Assembly: GCA_965203355.1 (NCBI GenBank) | Contig: OZ241889.1 | Coordinates: 2,304,001-2,368,000 of the forward strand | Reading direction: 5' to 3' | Source: Candidatus Latescibacterota bacterium | GTDB lineage: Bacteria; Latescibacterota; UBA2968; UBA8231 | DNA length: 64,000 bases | Shown: positions 9,762 through 20,400 of the stretch, piece after piece | Numbering within the stretch: position 1 is the stretch's first letter | Layout of the letters: every line of letters starts with the position of its first letter | The notes under the pieces: generated by a model | Database searches by the model: none | What the model saw: only the letters and a program-made list of their open reading frames with translations | Told to the model about the DNA's origin: nothing | Made by a program: the position numbers and the translations under genes

Positions 9762-10334
9762 GTGTCCAATTACTACGACTATGGGCCGTTGGTCTTGTTG
9801 CAGCGTCCGATTGCTCTCATTGGCTTCCTCGGCGTTGACCCACACGGCTTGGGCCGCGACTTGGCCGCCTTGAGCGGCTTACCGCTCATCGAAGTAGATC
9901 GCTGGATCGAACACGAGGCCGGGCAGTCTTTGGTGTCCCTCGTGCAGACGCAGGGCATAGAAGCGCTACGCCAATTAGAAGACCGCCTTCTCACCCGAGC
10001 ACTGGCCACTCGTCCACTTGGGATCATCGTCTTGGGCGATGGAGTGCTGATCAACGAGGCCAACCTCCAGCAGGTACGAGCCAAAGCGACGTTGGTATAT
10101 CTCAAATTGTCGCTGGCCAGCACCTATTGGCAGTTGCGCTGCCAAGCCCCAGGGACCCATCCGCTATTGCTGCAACCGCCCGAAAGTACGGCGGAACTCC
10201 GGCCGCTGTTGGCCGAGCGCCAAGGCGGCTTTGACCAAGCTCAGGTAACATTGGACCTGGACGAGATGACGCCGGCGGCGGCGCTGCGCCACTTGTTGGA
10301 TAAGCTGCCCGAGTGGGGGCCGGGCCGCCCTTAA
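9762..10334 (+). CDS. Shikimate kinase-like protein with degenerate Walker A
   Basis: Aligns with the AroK pattern (LIGF..G, D..IE...G.S, LRQLE, LGDG, ER) but GKS/T is replaced by DPH. Confidence 0.7.
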   Translation: MSNYYDYGPLVLLQRPIALIGFLGVDPHGLGRDLAALSGLPLIEVDRWIEHEAGQSLVSLVQTQGIEALRQLEDRLLTRALATRPLGIIVLGDGVLINEANLQQVRAKATLVYLKLSLASTYWQLRCQAPGTHPLLLQPPESTAELRPLLAERQGGFDQAQVTLDLDEMTPAAALRHLLDKLPEWGPGRP

Positions 10335-10415
10335 TGTAGGATTGCCCTACCCGGTCTCTAGCGGTACTTTTTTAGCCGAACTCGCCTTTGTTTTTATCCT
10401 CTCAGGAGATTGCTC

Positions 10416-11897
10416 ATGTTAGACCCTCAGTACCTGCTCGGCGACGAAGAGATGCAGCAGTTCATAGCCGAGGGGTATCTCACGCTCAAATCCTCGCTGC
10501 CGGCCTCCCTCCACCAAGACATCTACCAACGCACCGAAGAGGTCTTTGCCAAGGAGGGCAATCCCGGCAACAACATTCTGCCCCGCCTCCCGGCATTGCA
10601 GCAGGTCTTTGACGATCCGGTCGTGCGCGGTGCTCTCACTTCGGTGGTGGGGCCGGATTATATCATGCACGCCCACCGCCACTGCCACCTGAATCGAGCG
10701 GATAGCGAGGGCGGTGGCTGGCACAAGGACAGCTATTGGGGCTATAACAAGGTGCGCTATCACCGCAATCGCTGGGTGATGATTTTCTACTACCCGCAAG
10801 ACGTCACCTTGGAAAACGGCCCCACCGCGGTCATGCCCGGTACGCACTACTACAACGGCCGCGCCGACAACGAGCAAGACGAGTGCCACCTGCCCGTTCT
10901 CGGCGCGGCGGGCACCTGCACCTTGGTGCATTTTGACCTGTGGCACCGGGCCATGCCCAACCGCTCGGCGACCAACCGCTATATGATGAAATTCCAGTTT
11001 ACCCGCCTCCGCGAGCCGAGCCGGCCCAGTTGGAACATCCAAGCCCCGGGCTGGCCAGCCAACGGGTCCGCGCCCTCTACCAAGCATCGCGTCGTGTGGT
11101 CGCGCATATGGGATTGGCACGCGGGCGGCCAAAGTCGCGCCGAGGTCAGCGGGCAAATTGAGCAACTGATCGGATCCCTCAACGGAACATTGGAACAACG
11201 CTTGGCAGCGACCGATGCCCTCAGTGCGTTTGGGGAAAAGGCCGTTCCGGCGCTAGAGGCGTTACTCGGTGCGCTGGGCGACGAAGCCGAGCCGGTGCGT
11301 CTCAATGCGGCGTATGCACTGGGTGCGGTGGGGAAGGCTGCCGTAGGCCCGTTGATTGCAGCCCTCGGCGATGAGCGCGAGCCGGTGCGTCTCAATGCGG
11401 CGTATGCGCTGGGTGCGGTGGGGGAAGAAGCGGTGGACGCCTTGGTTGCGGCCCTGGGCGATGAGCGGGCCCACGTGCGGGGTTTTGCGGCGTATGCGCT
11501 GGGCGACATGGGGGCGCGGGCAGGTGCTGTGGCTGCGGCCGCCTTGGGCGCGTTGCTCGACGACCCGGCCGCCTGGGTGCGGCGCAACGTGGCCGAGGCC
11601 CTTGGGACTATTGCACTGAATCCGGCCGCCTCGGTGCCGGCGTTGGCTGTGCTGCTGGCGGACGCGGACGAGCAGGTGCGCTTTAACGCCGCGTACGCGT
11701 TGGCCCACTTTGGTCCGGCGGCCGCCGCGGCCATAGATGCGTTGGCCGCGGCCCTCAGCGACGAGAATCGCTACGTCCAAGGGCACTGCACGGCCGCCTT
11801 GCAACAGATTGGTACGCCCGAAGCCCAAGGCGTATTGCTGCACCACTTGACCACGGCGCGCTGGTGTCCCATAACGACCAAGGAAACTACGTTCTGA
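10416..11897 (+). CDS. PhyH-family Fe(II)/2-oxoglutarate dioxygenase fused to HEAT/PBS-lyase repeats
   Basis: GWHKDSYW (HxD), LWHRAMPN, RYMMKFQF; repeated LGDE..PVRLNAAYALG units; AGGAG SD. Confidence 0.85.
   Translation: MLDPQYLLGDEEMQQFIAEGYLTLKSSLPASLHQDIYQRTEEVFAKEGNPGNNILPRLPALQQVFDDPVVRGALTSVVGPDYIMHAHRHCHLNRADSEGGGWHKDSYWGYNKVRYHRNRWVMIFYYPQDVTLENGPTAVMPGTHYYNGRADNEQDECHLPVLGAAGTCTLVHFDLWHRAMPNRSATNRYMMKFQFTRLREPSRPSWNIQAPGWPANGSAPSTKHRVVWSRIWDWHAGGQSRAEVSGQIEQLIGSLNGTLEQRLAATDALSAFGEKAVPALEALLGALGDEAEPVRLNAAYALGAVGKAAVGPLIAALGDEREPVRLNAAYALGAVGEEAVDALVAALGDERAHVRGFAAYALGDMGARAGAVAAAALGALLDDPAAWVRRNVAEALGTIALNPAASVPALAVLLADADEQVRFNAAYALAHFGPAAAAAIDALAAALSDENRYVQGHCTAALQQIGTPEAQGVLLHHLTTARWCPITTKETTF
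11288..11423 (+). repeat. Near-identical 46-bp direct repeat, 90-bp period, within the HEAT-coding region
   Basis: CGAGCCGGTGCGTCTCAATGCGGCGTATGC(A/G)CTGGGTGCGGTGGGG at 11288 and 11378. Confidence 0.8.
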
Positions 11898-13147
11898 GCG
11901 AATTGCGTGTGAGGGCTGGCGTTCATCAATACATCGAAAAGCACCAAGAGGCATTGCTCGGCTGTGCGCAGGCGCTGGTCCGCGTGGATACGGTCAATCC
12001 GCCGGGGCGGAATTACCGCGCGATGACCGACGCACTCTTGGCGCACTGTCAGGGCTTGGACTTAGAGGCCAAGGTCCACGGCGTCCCAGACCAAGAAGTG
12101 CGCCGGGTGCTCGGCTCGGACGAGTTTCCGCGCTACAACCTGATTGCCCGGTGGGACGCTGGCCGACCGCAGACGGTGCATTTCAATGCCCACTACGACG
12201 TGGTGCCCGGCGCCGGGCCGTGGAAATTCGGCGACCCATTCGAGCCAGGGCTGTCTGGCGATGCACTCTACGGCCGCGGCTCCGGGGACATGAAAGGGGC
12301 CATCGCCGCGTTGCTCATGGCCGTGGAGGCACTCCGGGAAACCGGGGCTGAGCCGGCTTTTAACATCGAGTGTTCGTTCACCGCCGACGAGGAGACCGGC
12401 GGCCAATTGGGCGCCGGGTGGATCGTAAAAGAGGGGCTGGTGAACGCCGATTTTGCCGTGGTTTGCGAGGGGGCGGCCGGGACGCAAGTCGGCTGCGGCC
12501 ACAACGGCGTACTCTGGTTGGATGTCGAACTGACGGGCAAGGCCGCCCACGCTGCTAGCCCTGAACAGGGGGTCAACGCCTTTGAAGCCATGGCGAGCGT
12601 AGTGCAGAAGTTGCAAACCTACAAACGGAAACTAAATGCGACCCAGCGCTGCTATGTGGATTTTGACGGTCGGTCGCGCCATCCCACGCTCAACATCGGC
12701 GGAACGTTCTCGGGCGGAGAAGGCGATAAGATCAACACCGTACCGGCCCGCGCCCGCTTTTCGCTGGACCGCCGCTTAGTGCCCGGCGAACAGCTCGCGG
12801 CTGTCGAGCGTGCGTTGCGACGCGCTATAGAGCAGGCCGCTGAGCCACCCTGCCGAGTGGTAGCACCTTTGCAAATCGAACCTTGCGTCGTCGAGGCCGG
12901 GCACGCGCTGCCCCAAGCCTTTGCCCAAGCCGTGCAGGCCGTGCGCCGCCGCACCGCTAGTTACCGACTCAGTTCTGGTTTTACAGACCTGCACTACTTT
13001 GCGGTGGACGGCGGCCTGCCTGGCATTGGCTATGGCGTAAAGGGCGAGCGCATTCACGGGGTGGATGAGCGGGTGCGGGTGCGCGACTTGGTGTTGACGG
13101 CGCGCACGTACGCCGAGTTCATGCTGCGCGGCTTGGAGGCCCATTGA
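11894..13147 (+). CDS. M20 family metallopeptidase (ArgE/DapE-like deacylase)
   Basis: HYDVV, GRGSGDMKG, DEETG, CEG, IHGVDE. Start uncertain (11864, 11894, 11903 or 11909). Confidence 0.85.
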   Translation: MSELRVRAGVHQYIEKHQEALLGCAQALVRVDTVNPPGRNYRAMTDALLAHCQGLDLEAKVHGVPDQEVRRVLGSDEFPRYNLIARWDAGRPQTVHFNAHYDVVPGAGPWKFGDPFEPGLSGDALYGRGSGDMKGAIAALLMAVEALRETGAEPAFNIECSFTADEETGGQLGAGWIVKEGLVNADFAVVCEGAAGTQVGCGHNGVLWLDVELTGKAAHAASPEQGVNAFEAMASVVQKLQTYKRKLNATQRCYVDFDGRSRHPTLNIGGTFSGGEGDKINTVPARARFSLDRRLVPGEQLAAVERALRRAIEQAAEPPCRVVAPLQIEPCVVEAGHALPQAFAQAVQAVRRRTASYRLSSGFTDLHYFAVDGGLPGIGYGVKGERIHGVDERVRVRDLVLTARTYAEFMLRGLEAH

Positions 13148-13884
13148 GCGAAAACGTGCGACGCTTCTTGTGGATGGCGTACGACCGCTTGGGCGGTATG
13201 GTGGGCTACAATTTGCTGTGGAGCGCGTTGAGTCTGCCTTGGATAGCCGGGGCTTACATGCTGTTGCAAGTAGGGTTTGGGTTGGGTGGCCTGGGGCTGG
13301 TGGGCGCGGCCGTCTTAGCCAGTACCCTGCTGTGGAGCGCACCGGCCACGGCCCTGCTTTTCGCCGCTGGGGCGGCTTGGGCGCGGGGTGGGGACTTTGG
13401 GCTACGGGCGTTCTGGACGGCTGGCCGCACGCTTTTTTGGCGTGCGCTCGCGCTGGGGTTGCTGATGGTCGCTGCGGTCGCGCTGGTGCTGGCCAACGTG
13501 GTTTTTTATCAGCAGATCGGCGGCTGGCTGGGGGTGTTTTTGGGTGGGCTGATGGTCTGGTTTCTGCTGCTGCTGGGGCTGGTGGCGGTGTATGTTTTTC
13601 CAGTGCTAGTCACCCAAGAGGGGTCGGTGTGGTCCACGGTGCGCTACAGCTTTCTCTTGTCGGTCGATAATGTAAAACGCTCGCTGGTTTTTCTGCTGGC
13701 CTCAGGCTTGGCGCTGGGGATTGGCGTTGCTTCTGGATTGGGGTTGTTCTGCGGCGGTTTGGCGGCTTGGGCTTTGTGGATTAGCATTGGTTTTCGTGCG
13801 CTCTTGCCCAAGTACACGGGCCGGCCGCTGCCCCGCGAAGCCCCGCGCCGATTGCGCGAACTGATCCGTCCTTGGGAGGCTTGA
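13144..13884 (+). CDS. Integral membrane protein (DUF624/YesL-like)
   Basis: About 5-6 hydrophobic segments; NLLW and YVFPVL motifs; TTGA overlap with the upstream stop. Confidence 0.6.
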   Translation: MSENVRRFLWMAYDRLGGMVGYNLLWSALSLPWIAGAYMLLQVGFGLGGLGLVGAAVLASTLLWSAPATALLFAAGAAWARGGDFGLRAFWTAGRTLFWRALALGLLMVAAVALVLANVVFYQQIGGWLGVFLGGLMVWFLLLLGLVAVYVFPVLVTQEGSVWSTVRYSFLLSVDNVKRSLVFLLASGLALGIGVASGLGLFCGGLAAWALWISIGFRALLPKYTGRPLPREAPRRLRELIRPWEA

Positions 13885-13887
13885 GCA

Positions 13888-15450
13888 TTGGATTTACCCA
13901 AACTGGTAACGGGCCGAGAAATGGCCGAGGTCGATCAGCGCACCATCGCTGAGGCGGGTATATCGAGCGTCGAACTCATTGAGCGGGCGGGTGCCGAAGT
14001 GGTTGCGGCTATTGCGGCGCGCTGGGACGGCTTGGCTGGTTTGCAGGCTGTAGTCCTGTGCGGCAAGGGCAACAACGGCGGCGACGGGTTTGCCGTGGCC
14101 CGGCTCTTGCGCGCTGGCGGTGGGTCGGTGCGCGTCTTTCTCGCGGCCGACCGCGCTGCCGTGCAGGGGGCGGCGGCCGAGCACTTGCGGCGTTGCGAAC
14201 GGGCGGGCGGAGCCGTTGAAGTGCTCGGCGAGGACCTGGCCCCGCTCGCCGCCGCCCTGCACACCGCCGACTTGGCGATAGACGCGCTTTTGGGCACCGG
14301 GTTGCGCGGGGCACCTCGTCCGGCTATGGCGCGCGTTATCGAGTGCATGGCCCATTGCGAACGGCCGGTAGTGGCCGTGGATATTCCCTCGGGGGTCGAG
14401 GCCGACACTGGGCAGGTACACGGCGCGGCCGTGCAAGCGGTGCTGACCGTGACCTTCGGTTTGGTCAAAGTCGGACAGCTATTCTACCCCGGCCGGTCCC
14501 ATTGCGGTGCGCTGCATCTGGCCAACATCGGCTTCCCCGAGTCCATTCTGCGCACGGCGACGGCCCAAGCTCTGTTGCTTTCCGCCGAGGGGTTGGAGCC
14601 GCTCGTACCGCGCCGCCGTGGCGATGAGCACAAGGGAAGTTGCGGGACGGTGGCCGTGGTTGCGGGTTCGGTGGGGATGACTGGGGCGGCCGCGCTGACG
14701 GCGGATGCCGCGCTCAGGAGCGGAGCCGGTCGCGTCCATTTAGGAGTGCCTGCGAGTCTCAACGACGTGCTCGAAGTCAAGCTCTCGGAGGTGATGACCC
14801 GTCCGTTGCCCGAAGTGCGCAAGCGACGCTGTTTGTCGCTGCGGGCCTTGGGCGAGGTGCGCGCTATGTTGACGCGGGCCGATGTCTTGGCTTTGGGGCC
14901 GGGTTTGGGGCGCTATCGAGAGACCGAGGAGTTGGTGCGGCGGCTGGTGTTGCAAACCGAGTTGCCCCTCGTTTTGGATGCGGACGGGCTTAGTGCATTC
15001 GCCGGTCGAGCCGAGATGCTAAAGGGCCGTGCGGCCCCACTGGTTCTCACGCCCCACGTGGGCGAGTTCGCCCGCTTGAGCGGATTGGACAAGCAGCGGA
15101 TTGCCGCTGCGCCGCTGGCGGTGGCTGGCGACTTTGCTGGCGACTTTGGCGCGACGCTCGTGTTGAAGGGCGCGCCGACTGTCGTGGCGTTGCGCGATGG
15201 GCGGGTGGCGGTCAACTCCACGGGTAATGCGGGCATGGCCACGGCTGGGTCGGGCGACGTGCTGACCGGAATCATCGCCGGGCTGATGGCCCAAGGGCTA
15301 GCCCCGGAAGCGGCGGCTTGCCTTGGGGTCTATGTCCACGGTCGGGCTGGGGATCGGGCGGCTGAGCGGCTGGGGGAATGGGGGACGCGGGCAGGCGATA
15401 TAGCCGACGAAATCGCCTTGGCCCTGGTGGATGCGGCGCGGTCTGCTTGA
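13888..15450 (+). CDS. nnr: Bifunctional NAD(P)H-hydrate epimerase/dehydratase
   Basis: GKGNNGGDG, DALLGTG, DIPSG, HKG..G, DADGL, TPHVGEF, MATAGSGDVL. Confidence 0.95.
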   Translation: MDLPKLVTGREMAEVDQRTIAEAGISSVELIERAGAEVVAAIAARWDGLAGLQAVVLCGKGNNGGDGFAVARLLRAGGGSVRVFLAADRAAVQGAAAEHLRRCERAGGAVEVLGEDLAPLAAALHTADLAIDALLGTGLRGAPRPAMARVIECMAHCERPVVAVDIPSGVEADTGQVHGAAVQAVLTVTFGLVKVGQLFYPGRSHCGALHLANIGFPESILRTATAQALLLSAEGLEPLVPRRRGDEHKGSCGTVAVVAGSVGMTGAAALTADAALRSGAGRVHLGVPASLNDVLEVKLSEVMTRPLPEVRKRRCLSLRALGEVRAMLTRADVLALGPGLGRYRETEELVRRLVLQTELPLVLDADGLSAFAGRAEMLKGRAAPLVLTPHVGEFARLSGLDKQRIAAAPLAVAGDFAGDFGATLVLKGAPTVVALRDGRVAVNSTGNAGMATAGSGDVLTGIIAGLMAQGLAPEAAACLGVYVHGRAGDRAAERLGEWGTRAGDIADEIALALVDAARSA

Positions 15451-15544
15451 CATGTTTGAAGCGATGCTTTAATCTGAAAATGGACGCGGTGCCGGTGTGG
15501 GTGCTGCTTGGTTTTTGCCCATTTTAATGTACAGAGTTTGCGCT

Positions 15545-16039
15545 ATGGCCGACGTCAAAGACGCCATTGAAGAAATGATCGAAGAGTCCTACTTGCTGGG
15601 GCTTTCGGAAGAGGAAATTCTCGCCGATTTTAGTCGCTTTATCGACACCTGTTATACCGTTATTCAGGACAATGTGAAAAGCCGCGAAGCGCTCAGCCGC
15701 TTGGCCGAGAATTTGGCGCGTGAGAAGACCAGCACTCGCCTCGCCGACCAATCGGCTGAGCTGGGCAAGGTCGCGGCCAGGGATGCCCAGCGGGCCTGCG
15801 CTGAAAAAGCGGCACGCCGCAAGCGCATGGTCCTAAAGGCCATTGCCGACTACGATCCCAAGCTAGTCCGCCTCATCAACAAGCAGCGCTTTCAGGTAGA
15901 TTTCCAAGAAGAAGTGGTGCGTTCCAGGTTCAAGGTCAGTCAGAGCCACGATTGGGAGCGCTACGGTCAACTCTTGTTCAAGGTTGGCTATACCACTGTG
16001 ATCGCGCTCTTTTTGCTCCTCATATACTTAAGGCTTTAA
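15545..16039 (+). CDS. Hypothetical helical protein with C-terminal TM helix
   Basis: Clean ORF with genome-like codon use; C-terminus VGYTTVIALFLLLIYLRL. Confidence 0.6.
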   Translation: MADVKDAIEEMIEESYLLGLSEEEILADFSRFIDTCYTVIQDNVKSREALSRLAENLAREKTSTRLADQSAELGKVAARDAQRACAEKAARRKRMVLKAIADYDPKLVRLINKQRFQVDFQEEVVRSRFKVSQSHDWERYGQLLFKVGYTTVIALFLLLIYLRL

Positions 16040-16152
16040 CCGCTTGCGTCTGGCCGACAGGGATGGGTTTTAGCCGACTGGTTTTGTACTGTGCAGGCCC
16101 AGTGTAAATCTGTAGCCTAAACTTGCCTTTATCGAGGTCCTTCAAATTCGCA

Positions 16153-16743
16153 ATGACTACGGATTTACTGCCCGATTTCATCCGCGAGTACTACGAAATC
16201 CACGAGTGGAAACACGCCTGCGCGATACTGAACGAAGACTTCCCCGAAGAGTGGAACGACATCATTTCGGTCTTGCAGGAGTTTCGTCTAAGAAAAAGCT
16301 GGATAGTGAAACCCGGTGGCGGGAAATCTGCGATTTCGTCTTTTATTGATAATTACCTATATGAAAGAGACTGGGAAGAAAAGGAATTCTCGACGAGGGT
16401 CGTAGTGGACGAAGATATCCGCGACACACCAACGCACAAAATAGACTGTTTCCGCAATCGAGTTGCTCTCGAAATAGAATGGAATAACAAGGACCCATTC
16501 TACGACCGGGACTTGAACAACTTCAGACTGCTTTTTGATCTTCGGGCGATCAGCGTTGGCGTCATCATAACCCGGTGCGATGGACTTCAAGACCTCTTCA
16601 ATGCCCTCAACAAAGGGCTGTCTTACGGGGCATCAACAACGCACATGAGCAAGTTACTTCCGCGAATCGAAGGAGGCGGAGGGGGTGGCTGTCCCATCTT
16701 GGCGTTTGGTATCTCGAAAAAGCTGTATGTAGAGGATGAGTAA
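16153..16743 (+). CDS. BglII/BstYI-family type II restriction endonuclease
   Basis: THKIDCF...VALEIEWNNKDPFYDRDL nuclease core; abuts an MTase; more AT-rich than neighbours. Confidence 0.8.
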   Translation: MTTDLLPDFIREYYEIHEWKHACAILNEDFPEEWNDIISVLQEFRLRKSWIVKPGGGKSAISSFIDNYLYERDWEEKEFSTRVVVDEDIRDTPTHKIDCFRNRVALEIEWNNKDPFYDRDLNNFRLLFDLRAISVGVIITRCDGLQDLFNALNKGLSYGASTTHMSKLLPRIEGGGGGGCPILAFGISKKLYVEDE

Positions 16744-17391
16744 ATGACCGCAGCGACCGATTTGCTCGACGCGGTCGGCGGGCAGAGGTTTTCGACCATT
16801 CTCGCCGATCCGCCGTGGCAGTTCCACAATAGAACCGGCAAGATGGCACCGGAACACCGGCGTTTGTCTCGATATGCGACGATGGCCTTGCAGGACATTG
16901 AGAGCTTGCCTGTCGAATCAATTGCGACGGAAACCGCGCATCTATACTTGTGGATACCCAATGCGCTGTTGGCCCACGGACTGCAAGTGATGGATAGCTG
17001 GGGATTCAACTACAAGACGAACATCATCTGGTACAAGGTGAGAAAGGATGGCGGGCCGGACCGGCGTGGCGTGGGATTCTACTTTCGCAATGTGACGGAA
17101 ATTATCCTATTCGGCATCCGAGGCCAGAACGCCAGAACGCTACAGCCCGGGCGTAGCCAAGAAAACATCATCGTCTCGCAAAAGCGAGAACACAGCAGGA
17201 AGCCAGACGAGCAGTACGAGTTGATCGAGGCATGCAGTCCGGGTCCCTTCATTGAGTTGTTTGCACGGGGGCCGCGAAAAGGCTGGTTCGGATGGGGTGA
17301 TCAGGCCGACGAGTACGATCCGGGCTGGGCTACGTACTCGAACCACTCGCAGACCGCTGCCGCACCCACTGCGCAGCTTCCCCTGCTTTGA
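16744..17391 (+). CDS. MT-A70 family N6-adenine methyltransferase
   Basis: ILADPPW, HLYLW, WGFNYKTNIIWYK, YFRNVTE, EHSRKP, IELFAR, WGDQ. Confidence 0.9.
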   Translation: MTAATDLLDAVGGQRFSTILADPPWQFHNRTGKMAPEHRRLSRYATMALQDIESLPVESIATETAHLYLWIPNALLAHGLQVMDSWGFNYKTNIIWYKVRKDGGPDRRGVGFYFRNVTEIILFGIRGQNARTLQPGRSQENIIVSQKREHSRKPDEQYELIEACSPGPFIELFARGPRKGWFGWGDQADEYDPGWATYSNHSQTAAAPTAQLPLL

Positions 17392-17422
17392 TCCGACCAC
17401 ATTTCGCATTCGCTAAAACCCC

Positions 17423-20400
17423 ATGCCTAAACGCACAGACCTTCAAAAAATAATGCTCATCGGCTCTGGCCCGATCGTCATTGGCCAGGCCTGCGAGTTT
17501 GATTATTCGGGTACGCAAGCCTGTAAGGCACTGGCCGAAGAAGGCTACGAAATCGTCTTGGTCAATAGCAATCCGGCCACGATTATGACCGATCCCGAAG
17601 TGGCCCACCGCACGTATATCGAGCCGATCACGCCGGAGATTTGCACGCGGATCATCGCCGAGGAAAAGCCACAGGCCCTTCTGCCAACGCTCGGCGGCCA
17701 AACCGCGCTCAACGCGGCCGTGGCGTTGGCCGAAAGCGGCGTCCTCGCCGAGCACAACGTCGAGATGATTGGCGCATCGCTCGACGCGATCAAGATGGCC
17801 GAAGACCGCGCGCTCTTCAAAGCGGCCATGGACCGGGCCGGGCTGGCCATGCCGCGCGGAGCTTTCGTCCACAGCCTCGAAGAAGCGCAAAAGCACCAAG
17901 CCGAGTTGGGCTACCCGACGATCATCCGCCCTGCTTTTACGCTGGGCGGCTCTGGCGGCGGCGTGGCGCACGACGCCGAGGAATTTGCGCGGATCGTGCG
18001 TCATGGCCTCGACCTAAGCCCGATCGACGAGGTGCTGATCGAGGAGTCAGTACTCGGTTGGAAAGAGTTTGAGCTGGAGGTCATGCGCGATCACCGCGAC
18101 AACGTGGTCATCATTTGCTCGATAGAAAACTTCGACCCCATGGGCGTCCACACCGGCGACAGCATCACGGTCGCGCCGGCCCAGACCTTGTCCGACAAAG
18201 AATATCAGGACCTGCGCGACGCCGCCATCCGCATCATGCGCGAGATCGGCGTAGATACCGGCGGGTCCAATATCCAGTTTGCGGTCAATCCCACCGACGG
18301 CCGCATGGTCGTAATCGAGATGAACCCCCGGGTCTCGCGCTCCTCGGCACTGGCGTCCAAAGCCACGGGCTTTCCCATTGCCAAGATCGCCGCCAAACTG
18401 GCCGTGGGCTACAGTCTGGACGAAATCCCCAACGACATTACCCGCGAGACCCCGGCCTCCTTTGAGCCGACCATCGACTACGTGGTGACCAAGATTCCGC
18501 GCTTTACCTTTGAGAAATTTCCCAGTACGCCAGATGCGCTCGATACCCAGATGCGCTCGGTCGGCGAGACCATGGCCATTGGCCGGACCTTTAAGGAATC
18601 GCTGCAAAAGGGCCTGCGCTCGCTAGAAGTGGGCCGCGCGGGTTTTGGGGCCGACGGCAAGGATTTCAGCGCGGCCAAGGTGGCCGACGAGGAACTGCGC
18701 GAAAAATTGCTGCGTCCCAACTCTCAGCGCATGTTCTACCTCAAGCTGGCCATCGCCAAAGGCTATACCCACGATGAACTCTATGGTCTGACGGGCATTG
18801 ACCCGTGGTTCCTCGATCAGCTCTACCAGCTTGCTGAACTCGAACAACAGCTCATGCGGGAAGATGTGCTCGCCGATGGTGCCTTGTTGCGCCGCGCCAA
18901 GGAATGGGGATTTAGCGACCGCCAGCTAGCGCATCTCAAGGGCTGCGACGAGATCGACGTCCGTCGGCGGCGCCGCGAGTTGGATATTCGCCCGGTGTAC
19001 AAAACAGTTGATACCTGCGCCGCTGAGTTCGAGGCCCACACGCCGTACCACTACTCGACGTACGACCGCGAAGACGAAGTGCAGTGCTCGACGCGCAAGA
19101 AAATCGCCATCCTCGGTGGCGGGCCGAACCGCATCGGCCAAGGGATCGAGTTTGATTACTGCTGCGTCCACGCGTGCTTCGCGCTGCGCGAGATCGGCTA
19201 TGAGACCATTATGGTCAACTCCAATCCCGAAACGGTCAGCACGGATTACGACACGGCTGACAAGCTCTACTTTGAGCCGCTGACGAGCGAAGACGTGTTA
19301 CACATCGTCGAGCGCGAAGCACCAGACGGCGTCATCGTGCAATTCGGCGGGCAGACTCCGCTGAACTTGGCCGTCGAATTAGAACGCGAGGGCGTGCCCA
19401 TCATTGGCACCTCGCCCCGCAGCATTGACCTGGCCGAGGATCGCCAGCGCTTCGGTCAGTTGTTGAACGAACTGGGCATCCGCCAGCCGGCCAATGGCAT
19501 GGCCGCTAGTTGTGCAGAGGCCTGCGCGATTGCCGCGCAGATTGGCTTTCCGGTTTTGGTGCGGCCCTCGTACGTGCTGGGCGGACGAGCCATGGTCATC
19601 GCCTACGATGTCGGGAGCCTCGAAACCTACATGAACGAAGCCATTGAGGTTTCGCCGGCGCGCCCTGTGCTCATCGATCGCTACCTGCAAGGCGCGGAGG
19701 AATTCGACGTGGATGCCGTGGCCGACGGGACGGACGTGGTCGTCGGCGGGATCATGCAGCACATTGAACACGCTGGCGTGCATTCGGGCGACAGTGCCTG
19801 CGCCTTGCCGCCCTACGACACGCCGGCCAAGCACATCGAAACCATGCGCGAACACACCCACGCGCTGGCGCGTGCCCTTGACGTGGTTGGCCTGATGAAC
19901 GTGCAATACGCCGTCTATCAAGGCGAAGTCTATGCGATTGAGGTAAATCCCCGGGCGTCGCGCACCGTGCCGTTTGTCAGCAAGGCCATTGGCCGTCCGC
20001 TGGCCAAGATCGCCGCGCTGGCCATGGTGGGGGTGAGCTTGCGCGAGCAGGGTTTCACCGCCGAGGTCGCGCATCGGCACATAGCGGTCAAGGAGGCCGT
20101 GTTGCCCTTTATAAAATTCCCTGGGGCCGATAGCCTGCTGGGGCCGGAGATGAAGTCCACGGGCGAAGTTATGGGCATTGGCCGCGATTTTGGCACGGCC
20201 TTCCTCAAGGCGCAAATGGGGGCGGGGTCGCTGCTGCCGTCGTGCGGCCGGGTCTTTATCAGCGTGGCCGACTGCGATAAAGAGGATGTCTTGCCGATTG
20301 CGCGTCGGTTGTGTGCGGCCGGCTTTGAGCTGGTGGCTACGCAGGGCACGCGCGACTTCCTCGGCAAGCACGGCATCGCGGCGGAGCGGGTACGCAAAAT

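Noticed and set aside
16040-17422. Mobile element around the R-M pair
   Set aside because: No transposase, integrase, terminal repeats or target duplication seen.
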